Assembly (NCBI GenBank): GCA_003045895.1
Contig: PZPC01000021.1
Location: 2,142 to 66,141 of the forward strand
Length of the DNA stretch: 64,000 nucleotides
DNA from: Bacteroidota bacterium
GTDB lineage: Bacteria; Bacteroidota; Bacteroidia; Chitinophagales; Saprospiraceae
Direction: 5' to 3'
The notes below the pieces were generated by a model. It searched no databases. It was not told the origin of the DNA and saw only the letters and a list, made by a program, of their open reading frames with translations. The position numbers and the translations under genes were made by a program. Position 1 is the stretch's first letter. The number at the start of each line of letters is the position of its first letter. Of the stretch, positions 18,750 to 27,658 are shown piece by piece.

Positions 18750-18851
18750 TAACTGATCCCATTTTTGATTCGCTAAAATTTTCTAAGCGAGTGACTAAAA
18801 GGAGCTTGCGTGAAAATATTCGCGAATCGTTGGAAAAAATGGGATCAGTTA
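18750..18851. repeat. 17-bp perfect inverted repeat enclosing 68 nt
   Basis: taactgatcccattttt (18750-18766) and aaaaatgggatcagtta (18835-18851). The interior holds smaller palindromes (attcgcgaat). It lies between the VWA stop and the M28 start. Confidence 0.6.
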
Positions 18852-18902
18852 TTTCCGTCAAACTACTAAAGCTTACCTTTGCCGGGCATCAAATCTTTCG
18901 CC

Positions 18903-19901
18903 ATGCGCACCCGTTCATTCGTTCTCGTCGGTACTCTTTTGCTCTTGGTCAGCCTGCTGAACAGCAGTTGCAAGTCCGAGCCACAACCACCCAAAACACC
19001 AGTCGTCATAAAACCACCAGTTAACATCCCCGCCTTCAACGCCGATACGGCTTACGCGTACATTGCGCAGCAAGTCGGTTTTGGCCCCCGCGTACTGGGT
19101 AGTGCGGGCCACGAAGCTTGTCGGGCCTGGTTGGTAGAGACCCTCAAGGCTACGGGCGCCCAGGTGATGGAGCAGACCTTCCAGGCCAACGTATATACGG
19201 GAAAATCTTATCCGGCGACCAATATCATCGCCCAGTTCAATCCGGAGGTGTCGGACCGCATCGTGCTCACTGCCCACTGGGATACCCGCCATATTGCCGA
19301 CAGCCCCCTGAGCACCGAACGCCGCGATGAACCAATCCTGGGTGCCGATGATGCCGGTAGTGGTACTGCGGTACTGCTGGAACTGGCCCGCCAACTGCAG
19401 GCCCAAAAAGTGGGCATCGGGATTGATATCGTCCTCTTCGACGCCGAAGACTACGGCGAAAGTGGGGGCGAAGCGACGTCCTATGGTCTCGGCAGCCAGT
19501 ACTGGGCGCGCAATCCGCATTCGCCCTACAAGCCTCGCTACGGCATTCTGCTCGACATGGTAGGCGCCAAAGGTGCACAATTCCCCATCGAGGCCTACAG
19601 CTACCAGTTTGCTCGTCCGGTGGTAGAGAAGGTCTGGTCTCTGGCCAAACGCATCGGCAAAGGCAACTACTTCCTGAACCAGCGCGGTGGCGGCATCACC
19701 GACGACCACTACTTCGTGAATACCATTGGCAATATTCCGATGATCGATATCATCAACCTATCTGGTGGCAAAGAATCGGCTTTTGGTGCCCACTGGCACA
19801 CCCACGACGACAACCTGGATATCATTGATAAGAATACCCTGCGCGCCGTGGGGCAGGTGCTGCTGGCGCTGCTCTATAAAGAGGACGCCGGGGAGATTTA
19901 G
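18903..19901 (+). CDS. M28-family zinc peptidase / glutaminyl-cyclase-like lipoprotein
   Basis: I moved the start to ATG 18903 (MRTRSFVLVGTLLLLVSLLNSSC, with a lipobox). It has M28 metal ligands (HWDTRH, GADDAGSG, FDAEDYG, HTHDD). Confidence 0.8.
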   Translation: MRTRSFVLVGTLLLLVSLLNSSCKSEPQPPKTPVVIKPPVNIPAFNADTAYAYIAQQVGFGPRVLGSAGHEACRAWLVETLKATGAQVMEQTFQANVYTGKSYPATNIIAQFNPEVSDRIVLTAHWDTRHIADSPLSTERRDEPILGADDAGSGTAVLLELARQLQAQKVGIGIDIVLFDAEDYGESGGEATSYGLGSQYWARNPHSPYKPRYGILLDMVGAKGAQFPIEAYSYQFARPVVEKVWSLAKRIGKGNYFLNQRGGGITDDHYFVNTIGNIPMIDIINLSGGKESAFGAHWHTHDDNLDIIDKNTLRAVGQVLLALLYKEDAGEI

Positions 19902-19946
19902 GCAGATTTGCCCAGGACTTAGTTTTTGAAAATTTTTGTTATTTGA

Positions 19947-19978
19947 TTTGCAAAAACAAACATTTAAAAGTATATTTA
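19947..19978 (+). promoter_or_regulatory. Bacteroidota-type promoter-like site (TTTG-N20-TATATTTA) for repeat copy 1
   Basis: TTTG at 19947-19950 and TATATTTA at 19971-19978. The same arrangement is conserved in copy 2. Confidence 0.4.
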
Positions 19979-19983
19979 CCACG

Positions 19984-20232
19984 TAAGTTGAAAGCAATTT
20001 CTTTTTGACCACTTTTTAGCTTACTCATCGGTAACTACCCCTTGCGGTGACTCGTTTCGCCAGGTCAGCAAGGGCATTCAGCGGTTTTGTTTTCCTTGCT
20101 TGGTTGTTGGCAGTGCATAACTGGCAGCAATGGTGGTGGTTTGCCCCGTACGACCGGTTGGTCAGAAACGGGGCCGGCGTTCAGGCCTTGAGGGTGGGCC
20201 CCTCCCAAGGGGCTTTTACGCCCTGGCAATAA
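19984..20232 (+). ncRNA. Candidate structured ncRNA, copy 1 (family not recognised; ends approximate)
   Basis: Paralog of 41493-41740. The cores are almost invariant (20055-20149 has one substitution; 20176-20214 is identical). Five predicted hairpins differ between copies only by wobble-compatible or loop changes. It lies in a 763-bp gap between convergent genes. Confidence 0.45.
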
Positions 20233-20438
20233 ATTCCCCCTCAAAATCGTCGCAAGCTCCAGCCTTCGATAAAATTTTAAGCGGCCTTCCGCCCGCAGTA
20301 TAATCCTACCCACATTTTCATCTCTGACCAATTGTTATAAGGGCTCTTATGACTTATCTTGCCAGCCCGGCAATGTATAAATTCAGCCCCGGCCAGTAGG
20401 CCATATGATACGGTATCGTAGGCTAGTGATAATTAGCA

Positions 20439-20614
20439 GGTAGACCTCCGAGGTTCGCACTATTCAAAGGAGTGCAGAAAGTAAAGATATCGCTTTCTAG
20501 GTTGGGTAAACCTCGGAGGTCGGAGACCGCTGACCTCCGAGATTTACCCCTTGAAAAAGAAAGAAAAGTAACCCTGTTACTATCCTTAAATAGAATTAAT
20601 CTCGGAGGTCTACC
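20439..20614. repeat. Nested palindrome / MITE-like element built from four copies of a CCTCCGAG-containing unit
   Basis: The outer arms are ggtagacctccgag (20439-20452) and ctcggaggtctacc (20601-20614). The inner hairpin is gggtaaacctcggaggtc (20504-20521) and gacctccgagatttaccc (20532-20549), 18 bp with 1 mismatch and a 10-nt loop. There are also small hairpins at 20476-20498 and 20569-20581. Confidence 0.6.
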
Positions 20615-20664
20615 CAGCGGGAGCGGCGCCCTTAAAGGGCTGCCTATTTTTACCTGTCAGACAA

Positions 20665-22962
20665 TCACTCCGCCGCTTCCAACCGCACCACAATCCGCTT
20701 CGAAGCGGGCGTTTTGCTGTCCTTGTCGTGGCTGCCGATGGGTACCAGCACGTTGACTTCGGGGAAGTAGGCGGCCAGGCAGCGGCGGGGGATGGCGTAG
20801 GGTACGAGCAGGAAGTTCTCGGCTACGCGCCGTTGGTCACCGTGTTCGTTGATCAGCTGCACGATTTGTTGGGCCTGCCAGCCGCGGTCGGCCATGTCTT
20901 CGGGGTTCATAAACACCACGCGACGCTCGTTTTTAACGCCCCGGTAGCGGTCGTTGAGGCCGTAGATGGTGGTATTGAACTGGTCGTGGCTGCGCACCGA
21001 CGTCAGGATGTACTCGTCATCCGCCAGCTGCTGCACCGGCACCGAATTGATGGTAAACAATGCTTTCCCGGCGGGCGTCGGAAAGTGCCCTTCGCGGGGA
21101 TCATTCGGCAGGTAAAAACCGCTTTCTTCCCGGACCTTTTCGTTGAAATTTTCGAATCCCTCGACCGTGTGGGCAATTCCGTCGCGCACGAGGTCATAAT
21201 TGCCGATCCACTGTTCCCAGTTGACGGGTCGTTCGCTGCCGAGCGTGGCGGCGGCCAGGCGGCCCACGATGGCCGGTTCGCTCAGCAGGGCGGCCGACCG
21301 CGGCGCAAGGATACCCTTGCTGCGGTGCACCACCCCCATGCTATCTTCGACGGTCACGAACTGCTCGCCTTCGGCCTGCAGGTCGATTTCGGTACGCCCC
21401 AGGCAAGGCAGGATCAGCGCCGTTTGTCCGTGTACGAGGTGGCTGCGGTTGAGTTTGGTACTCACGTGGGCCGTGAGCCGACACCGGGTGAGGGCGGCGG
21501 CCGTGTAGGCGGTGTCGGGGGAAGCCGACAAGAAGTTGCCCCCCAGGGCAAAAAACACCCCAATTTTACCGGCGTGCATGGCCTGGATGGCATCCACCGT
21601 GCCCAGGCCGTGGGCGCGGGGCGGGTTGATGTGGAAATTGTCGGCCAGCCGGTCCAGGAATTCGGGCTGGGGCGCTTCCCAGATGCCCACCGTCCGGTTG
21701 CCCTGCACGTTGCTGTGGCCGCGAACGGGACAAGCGCCGGAGCCTGGCTTGCCGAAGGCGCCTTTGAAGAGGAGCAGGTTGACGATCTCCTGCACGTTGT
21801 CGACGCCATTTTCGTGCTGGGTAATGCCCATGGCCCAACAGACGATCATGCTTTTGGCCTTGCGGATCATTTCTACCGCCGCCAGAATCTGGGGGCGGGG
21901 TACGCCGCTGGCTGTGGCCAGGGTGTTGAAATCCTGCTTGCGCAAATCTTCGATGAAGGCTTCGTAGCCCAGGGTCTTGTTGGTGATAAAATCCCAGTCG
22001 AGGAACTCGCCGCCCTGTTCGCGGTCCTGGTGCCAGAGCCGGAGCATGATGGCCTTGAGGAGCGCGATATCGCCGTTGACGGCGACGGGCAGGTGGAGGT
22101 CGGCGAGGGCGGTGCCGCCCCGGAGAATTTTTGCGGGGCTTTGCGGATCCACAAAGCGCACCAACCCCGCTTCTTCCAGTGGATTGATGGCGATAATCTG
22201 GCCGCCGTTTTCCTTGCATTTTTCCAGTGCCGACAGCATGCGGGGGTGGTTGGTACCCGGATTCTGGCCGATGACGAGGATGAGGTCCGACTGGTAGAGG
22301 TCCTGGAGTTTGACCGTTCCTTTGCCGATGCCGATGGTGCGCGACAGGCCTACGCCCGTGGATTCGTGGCACATGTTGGAGCAGTCGGGCAGGTTGTTGG
22401 TCCCAAAGGCACGGACAAAAAGCTGGTACATAAAGGCCGCCTCGTTGCTGGTGCGGCCCGAAGTGTAGAAGACCGCCGCGTGGGGCGAGGGCAGGTGGTT
22501 GAGTTCAGCAGCCACGAGTTCAAAAGCTTCGTTCCAGCTGATGGGCGCGTAGTGGGTAGCGCCGGCGCGCAGGACGAGCGGTTCGGCCAGCCGACCGGCT
22601 TTGCCCAGCTTGAAATCGGACCAGGTGCCTAGTTCTGCTACCGAATGCTGGGCGAAGAAATCGGCGCCAATGGTTTTCTTCTGTGCTTCTTCGCTGATGG
22701 CTTTGATGCCGTTTTCGCAGTATTCGCCGATCTTGCTGCGGTCGTCATCGGGATCGGGCCAGGCACAACCCGGGCAATCGATCCCACCTTTCTGGTTGAG
22801 CTGTAGGGATGCCCGCAGCGCTTCGCCCGGCCGCATGTAGGTAGCGGCATGGCCCACCGCTGCCACCACGGCAGGGATGCCTGAGGACTTGCGTTTGGGC
22901 TTTTTGATCTTCAAACCCGTATGCTCGGTAGGGGTATTGAACGGTGGCTGCTGCTCTGACAT
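20665..22962 (-). CDS. FdhF/YdeP-family molybdopterin oxidoreductase
   Basis: About 765 aa. The N-terminus is typical of YdeP (GIPAVVAAVGHA...NQKGGIDCPGCAWPD). Molybdopterin oxidoreductase and dinucleotide-binding regions follow. I preferred the ATG at 22962 (MSEQQPPF) over the TTG at 22986. Confidence 0.85.
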   Translation of the reverse strand: MSEQQPPFNTPTEHTGLKIKKPKRKSSGIPAVVAAVGHAATYMRPGEALRASLQLNQKGGIDCPGCAWPDPDDDRSKIGEYCENGIKAISEEAQKKTIGADFFAQHSVAELGTWSDFKLGKAGRLAEPLVLRAGATHYAPISWNEAFELVAAELNHLPSPHAAVFYTSGRTSNEAAFMYQLFVRAFGTNNLPDCSNMCHESTGVGLSRTIGIGKGTVKLQDLYQSDLILVIGQNPGTNHPRMLSALEKCKENGGQIIAINPLEEAGLVRFVDPQSPAKILRGGTALADLHLPVAVNGDIALLKAIMLRLWHQDREQGGEFLDWDFITNKTLGYEAFIEDLRKQDFNTLATASGVPRPQILAAVEMIRKAKSMIVCWAMGITQHENGVDNVQEIVNLLLFKGAFGKPGSGACPVRGHSNVQGNRTVGIWEAPQPEFLDRLADNFHINPPRAHGLGTVDAIQAMHAGKIGVFFALGGNFLSASPDTAYTAAALTRCRLTAHVSTKLNRSHLVHGQTALILPCLGRTEIDLQAEGEQFVTVEDSMGVVHRSKGILAPRSAALLSEPAIVGRLAAATLGSERPVNWEQWIGNYDLVRDGIAHTVEGFENFNEKVREESGFYLPNDPREGHFPTPAGKALFTINSVPVQQLADDEYILTSVRSHDQFNTTIYGLNDRYRGVKNERRVVFMNPEDMADRGWQAQQIVQLINEHGDQRRVAENFLLVPYAIPRRCLAAYFPEVNVLVPIGSHDKDSKTPASKRIVVRLEAAE

Positions 22963-23045
22963 GGTACGGCTTATTTTGCGGGGCAAATTTAGCCATTATC
23001 CAGCAAAATACCGTGTACCAGTAAAGATGCCTTCTGGCAAAATCT

Positions 23046-23489
23046 TTAAAACCGGCCTAAGCCCGCCGCCATGAGCGTTGCCAGCAGTGGAATGATGGCC
23101 ATGAGGACCAACTCCAACACCACCAGGCGGCGCACCAGCGGTGGAATGGCGATGGGAGAGGGATCGTCGTGGGGTTTGCGGTGGCGCAAAAAGAAGACGG
23201 TCGGGTAAATAGACAGCAAACCAACCAGTACGGCCAGCGAGATCTTGAGCTGGAAGATCCAGTTGCCAGAATAAAATTCGGCGGGCTTGCCCACGCCTAA
23301 CCAGAGTGCCAGCCCCATGCCCACGACTACGATAGCACTAAGGCCGTAAACGGAGTCGATCCGCGCCAGACGCTGAATCTCGACCCGACTGAGGGTTGGT
23401 TTTAAGAGCAACCATTCGGCCACCAGGGTAGCGACCCAGGTAAAAACACCGATGAAGTGAAAATAGCGGGCGAGGATTTCTGCCGTCAT
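23046..23489 (-). CDS. Four-TM membrane protein (DUF2214-like)
   Basis: 147 aa with four hydrophobic helices. The family name is from memory only. Confidence 0.55.
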   Translation of the reverse strand: MTAEILARYFHFIGVFTWVATLVAEWLLLKPTLSRVEIQRLARIDSVYGLSAIVVVGMGLALWLGVGKPAEFYSGNWIFQLKISLAVLVGLLSIYPTVFFLRHRKPHDDPSPIAIPPLVRRLVVLELVLMAIIPLLATLMAAGLGRF

Positions 23490-23614
23490 GAGGATCTAAG
23501 GTTTTCAACTAAACCACCGGTAGTGGTTTTAGTTCAGGGAAGTAACCCGGCCCGTGTACGGGATATGGAAACGAATTTTCCTATCTTTACCAATCTTCAA
23601 AACACGTACTGTTC

Positions 23615-26404
23615 ATGGTTGATAAACGTCTTTTCTTGCTGGATGGTCACGCGTTGGTGTACCGGGCCCACTTTGCCTTCATCAACCGACCGTTGATTAA
23701 TTCCAAGGGTTTCAATACCTCGGCCGTAACTGGCTTTACGCGTACCCTCTGGGATCTGATGCGCAACCAGAAACCCACCCACCTGGCGGTTGCTTTCGAC
23801 CCCTCGGGGCCCACGTTTCGCCACGAAATGATGGAAAGCTACAAGGCCAACCGCGAGGAGCAACCCGACGATATCCGGGCTTCCTTTCCGTACATTCACC
23901 AGATTTTGCAGGCTTTCAAGATTCCGATCATTACGGTAGACAACTACGAGGCCGACGACGTCATCGGTACGCTGGCCAAGCAGGCCGAAGCCGAAGGATA
24001 CGACGTGTACATGGTTACGCCCGACAAGGATTTCGGGCAGTTGGTGTCTGATCACATTTTCATGTACAAGCCTTCGCGCCAGGGTGACGGCGTCGAGATT
24101 CTGGGCGTCAAGGAGATTTGCGCGAAGTGGGATATCGAGCACGTCGACCAGGTGGTGGATATGCTGGGTATGCAGGGCGATGCGGTGGACAATATCCCCG
24201 GCATTCCGGGCATCGGCCCCAAGACGGCGGCCCAACTGCTGAAGACTTACGGCTCGCTGGAAAACCTGCTGGCGCATACCCACCAGCTCAAGGGCAAACA
24301 GCGCGAAAAAATAGAAGACAACCGCGACCTGGCCATCCTGAGCAAACAGCTGGCCCGCATCAAGACGGATGTCCCGATCCGCTTCAACGCCGATGACTAC
24401 GTGCTCGACCCCTTCGACCGCGACTGGCTGTCGGAAATTTTCAAGGAACTTGAGTTCCGGGCCCTGGCCAACCAGATCCTCGGACAGGAAGAAGAGAAAC
24501 CCGTAGCCGGCACCCAGGGCAGCCTCTTCGCTACCGAACCGGTGGTGAACAAGGAATCGGGCCTGACCCAGCACGACATTGCCGACAAGAACCTGGCGAA
24601 TACTGCCCATACCTACCACCTGACGGATACGCCCGCGGCACAGGCCGCCCTGGTGGCGCAGTTGCTGAAAGAACCAGTGGTCTGTTTTGATACCGAAACG
24701 ACGAGCGTCAACGCCAACCAATCGGAACTGGTGGGGATGTCCTTCGCTGTGAAACCCGGCGAGGCCTGGTACGTGCCGGTGCCCGCCGAGCGCGCCGCAG
24801 CTCAGGCGATCGTGGAGGTGTTTCGCCCCTTCTTTGAAGCCGACAATATCACCAAGATTGGCCAAAACCTGAAGTACGACATGCTGGTGTTGCGCTGGTA
24901 CGACACCGAGGTGCAAGGCCCGCTGAAGGACACCATGGTGATGCACTACCTACTGGAGCCCGAGCGCCGCCACAACATGGACTACCTGGCGGAAACCCTG
25001 CTGAAGTACAAACCCGTGTCGATCAAAGAGCTCATCGGCAAAAGTGGCAAGGACCAGATCACCATGCGCGAAGTGCCGGTGGCTACTGCCGCCGACTACG
25101 CCGCCGAAGATGCCGACGTGACGCTGCAACTGTACGATGTGCTGGCGCCCCAACTGGCCGCCGAGGAAAAGATCCAGGAACTGTACGACAAGATCGAAGG
25201 CCCGCTGGTGCGGGTGCTCGCCGAGATTGAATTTGAAGGCATTAGAGTGGATGCCGATTTCCTGGCGAATTATTCCCAGGAACTGGTGGCCGAAATCGTG
25301 GCGCTGGAAGACAAGGTGATGGCCGAGGCCGGGGTGCCGTTCAACATTGCGTCGCCCAAGCAGGTTGGCGAAATTTTGTTCGACCACCTGAAAATCCCTT
25401 ACCGCTGGGGCAAGACCAAGTCGGGACAATACTCGACCGACGAGGAGAAGATGAGCGAAATTGCCCTGGAATACCCCATTGCGGCCGATATTTTGCGGCA
25501 CCGGGGCCTGACCAAGCTGCGCTCGACCTACCTGGATGCCCTGCCGAAACTGATCAACCCCAAAACGGGCCGCATCCACAGCTCCTTCAACCAGACGGTG
25601 GCTGCTACGGGCCGCCTGAGCTCCAAAGACCCCAACCTGCAAAATATTCCCGTGCGCACGGCCGAAGGCCGGCGGGTGCGCGAAGCCTTTATTCCCCGCG
25701 ATGCCGACCACATTCTGCTGGCCGCGGATTACAGCCAGATTGAATTGCGGCTCATTGCCGAAATCAGCAAGGACGAGGCTATGCTGGAAGCTTTCCAATC
25801 GGGACGAGACATTCACCGGGCCACCGCCGCCCGCGTCTTCGACACGCCCTACGACGAGGTGGATCGCGAGCAGCGCAACCGCGCCAAGACGGTGAACTTT
25901 GCCATCATCTACGGCGCCGGCGCCACCAATCTGAGCCAGCAGCTGAGCATCAGCCGCAACGAGGCCAAGGAACTGATCGAGACCTACTTCAGCCGCTACC
26001 CCGGCCTGAAAAATTACATGGAGGAGACCATCCAGTTTGCCCGCGACAATGGCTTTGTAACCACCCTGCTGGGCCGCCGCCGCCAACTGCGGGACATCAA
26101 CAGCAAGAGCTCCCTGACGCGCAGCAATGCCGAGCGCATGGCCATCAATACGCCCATTCAGGGTACGGCCGCCGACATGATCAAGCTGGCGATGCTCCAC
26201 ATCAGCGACGCCCTGCGGACGCAAAAATTCCAGTCGAAAATGATCCTGCAAGTCCACGATGAATTGGTCTTCGATGCCCGCCGCGACGAGCTGGAACGGC
26301 TGAAGCCCGTGGTGGAGGAGCTCATGCGCAACGCGCTACCGGGCCTGAGTGTGCCCATTGTGGTGGAGTTGGGCGAGGGGGAGAATTGGTTGGAGGCGCA
26401 TTAG
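23615..26404 (+). CDS. polA: DNA polymerase I
   Basis: 929 aa. It has a 5'-3' exonuclease N-terminus (LLDGHALVYRA), a 3'-5' exo domain (CFDTETTS), pol motif A (DYSQIELR), motif B (RNRAKTVNFAIIYG) and motif C (QVHDE). Confidence 0.97.
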   Translation: MVDKRLFLLDGHALVYRAHFAFINRPLINSKGFNTSAVTGFTRTLWDLMRNQKPTHLAVAFDPSGPTFRHEMMESYKANREEQPDDIRASFPYIHQILQAFKIPIITVDNYEADDVIGTLAKQAEAEGYDVYMVTPDKDFGQLVSDHIFMYKPSRQGDGVEILGVKEICAKWDIEHVDQVVDMLGMQGDAVDNIPGIPGIGPKTAAQLLKTYGSLENLLAHTHQLKGKQREKIEDNRDLAILSKQLARIKTDVPIRFNADDYVLDPFDRDWLSEIFKELEFRALANQILGQEEEKPVAGTQGSLFATEPVVNKESGLTQHDIADKNLANTAHTYHLTDTPAAQAALVAQLLKEPVVCFDTETTSVNANQSELVGMSFAVKPGEAWYVPVPAERAAAQAIVEVFRPFFEADNITKIGQNLKYDMLVLRWYDTEVQGPLKDTMVMHYLLEPERRHNMDYLAETLLKYKPVSIKELIGKSGKDQITMREVPVATAADYAAEDADVTLQLYDVLAPQLAAEEKIQELYDKIEGPLVRVLAEIEFEGIRVDADFLANYSQELVAEIVALEDKVMAEAGVPFNIASPKQVGEILFDHLKIPYRWGKTKSGQYSTDEEKMSEIALEYPIAADILRHRGLTKLRSTYLDALPKLINPKTGRIHSSFNQTVAATGRLSSKDPNLQNIPVRTAEGRRVREAFIPRDADHILLAADYSQIELRLIAEISKDEAMLEAFQSGRDIHRATAARVFDTPYDEVDREQRNRAKTVNFAIIYGAGATNLSQQLSISRNEAKELIETYFSRYPGLKNYMEETIQFARDNGFVTTLLGRRRQLRDINSKSSLTRSNAERMAINTPIQGTAADMIKLAMLHISDALRTQKFQSKMILQVHDELVFDARRDELERLKPVVEELMRNALPGLSVPIVVELGEGENWLEAH

Positions 26405-26493
26405 GGGGCGGGGTTGGTGGTGCTATAAGAAGGGTAGGACGGCTAATCGGCTGGTCTTATCCTATTCGATGCTGTGGCATGCGCCTTCAAGCC

Positions 26494-27006
26494 CTAAAGA
26501 ATCTTAATCTGCAATCTCCGACCAAACCCTCCTTCAATTATCCTGGTTAAAGTGGCTAATTCTATACCTGATTTATTATTCTCTAGTCGGGAAATATAAT
26601 GTTTTGAGGTGCCGCTTTTCGCAGCTAATTCTTCCTGCGTGAGCCCTAAATCTTTTCTTGCCTGTTTGATCATCAGTCCTATTTCCAGGCCTCTTGATGG
26701 ATCTGCCTCACTTAATTCATACATCACGATCGAATCCAGATCATAATAATCAACAACTCGTTTGCCTGTTTCATCCAACCATTCAATTTCAATATTCTTC
26801 CACGTTAATGCGCCATCTCTTAATTCAACTTTTTGGAATTCGGCTACTGATTCAAGCAATTTATATTCTAAATCTCCTTGTTTTATTTTCCAGGTCGTGA
26901 ATATTTTTTCAAAATCAATTATTCTTGATTCTCCTGTATTGAAAAGACAATACATCTTGTATCCTTTTATTTCATGAATTTTGATTATCCTTCTTACCGT
27001 TCTCAT
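26494..27006 (-). CDS. DUF2442 domain fused to an XRE-type helix-turn-helix (antitoxin-like)
   Basis: 170 aa. The N-terminal 100 aa or so are DUF2442-like (IHEIKGYKMYCLFNTGESRIIDF...). The C-terminus is HTH_3 (IKQARKDLGLTQEELAAKSGTSKHYISRLENNK). There is an ATGA overlap with the upstream DUF4160 gene. Confidence 0.7.
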   Translation of the reverse strand: MRTVRRIIKIHEIKGYKMYCLFNTGESRIIDFEKIFTTWKIKQGDLEYKLLESVAEFQKVELRDGALTWKNIEIEWLDETGKRVVDYYDLDSIVMYELSEADPSRGLEIGLMIKQARKDLGLTQEELAAKSGTSKHYISRLENNKSGIELATLTRIIEGGFGRRLQIKIL

Positions 27007-27251
27007 TCCTCTGTTTTTTCGTTGTCTGGATTATATTCTGCCCATTTCTCATTGAGATACGCCTCATTTTCTTTTGCCCATTTAATCACTTTTTTTCTCT
27101 GTTTACTTGGCACCGACCCTGAATAGGTTGTTAGTGTTCTCATATCTATTAATTCCTCATGTTCGGCATAAATAATATGAAAATGTGGCGGATTATGATC
27201 TCGCAAATAAATGTAAATCTTAATCGAGTCTATTGTTATGATTAACGGCAT
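27003..27251 (-). CDS. DUF4160 protein (toxin-like partner of DUF2442)
   Basis: 82 aa with the family signature DHNPPHFH, followed by SGSVPSKQRKKVIKWAKENEAYLNEKW. Confidence 0.75.
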   Translation of the reverse strand: MPLIITIDSIKIYIYLRDHNPPHFHIIYAEHEELIDMRTLTTYSGSVPSKQRKKVIKWAKENEAYLNEKWAEYNPDNEKTEE

Positions 27252-27658
27252 TTAAATGCAGTATGGTTTCTACAAAAATAGCAAATGTTGTACAATTATG
27301 CAACTTTTGGCGTTTTTTAACGCCCCATTGTTAACTCTATTGGATATTTTAATACCACCCAACTCAAAGGACGATCCGCCCCCCCTAACCAATCCCCAAT
27401 TCATCCGCCAAATCTGGGTTATTCTTCCTAATCTCCCGCTCCAAAGTCTTCACCCGGGCTTCCAGCAACTCATTCAAGCGTTTGAAGGTCTGCTCGGCAG
27501 GGTCATTGCTTTGGGGTGCTGGTGCGCCGGAAGTGCCTTCTTTTTCAATTTGGAAACCATGCATATGGGGAACTATCCGATATTGCCAGAGAATAGGAGG
27601 AGACCCTTACCTCGAAGATTAGTTACACCCGCCGGTAGCGGCACAACACTCAGATAAG

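Noticed and set aside
20047-20232. Trp-rich small proteins (61 aa here, 80 aa at 41552..41794) are encoded by the duplicated element.
   Set aside because: The two copies differ by a 1-nt indel just after the putative non-ATG starts. Their changes are mostly non-synonymous (YDRLVRNG vs CDQWVGSG) and their stops are not conserved. The same changes preserve RNA helices, so I prefer an RNA interpretation.
19984-20232. Identity of the duplicated RNA with tmRNA, RNase P RNA, SRP/4.5S RNA, 6S RNA or a known riboswitch.
   Set aside because: I find no GGGGCUG...CCACCA ends or ALAA-type tag (tmRNA), no GAGGAAAGUCC core (RNase P), and no GGAAG/AGCA domain-IV motif (SRP). 6S cannot be excluded by eye, but I saw no long 5'/3' closing stem. 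I leave the family unassigned rather than guess.
20439-20614. A CRISPR array.
   Set aside because: The four units alternate in orientation and form nested stems. There are no regularly spaced direct repeats, no spacers of uniform length and no cas genes in the window.
22962-23045. A molybdenum-cofactor riboswitch upstream of the YdeP-family oxidoreductase.
   Set aside because: Only about 84 nt are available between the start and the neighbouring gene. That is too short for the ~140-nt Moco motif, and no conserved elements were seen.
27256-27657. A 133-aa plus-strand ORF in the island.
   Set aside because: It has an odd composition, spans the promoter region of the DUF4160 operon, and overlaps a more protein-like 59-codon minus-strand ORF (27385-27564). 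It is probably not coding.
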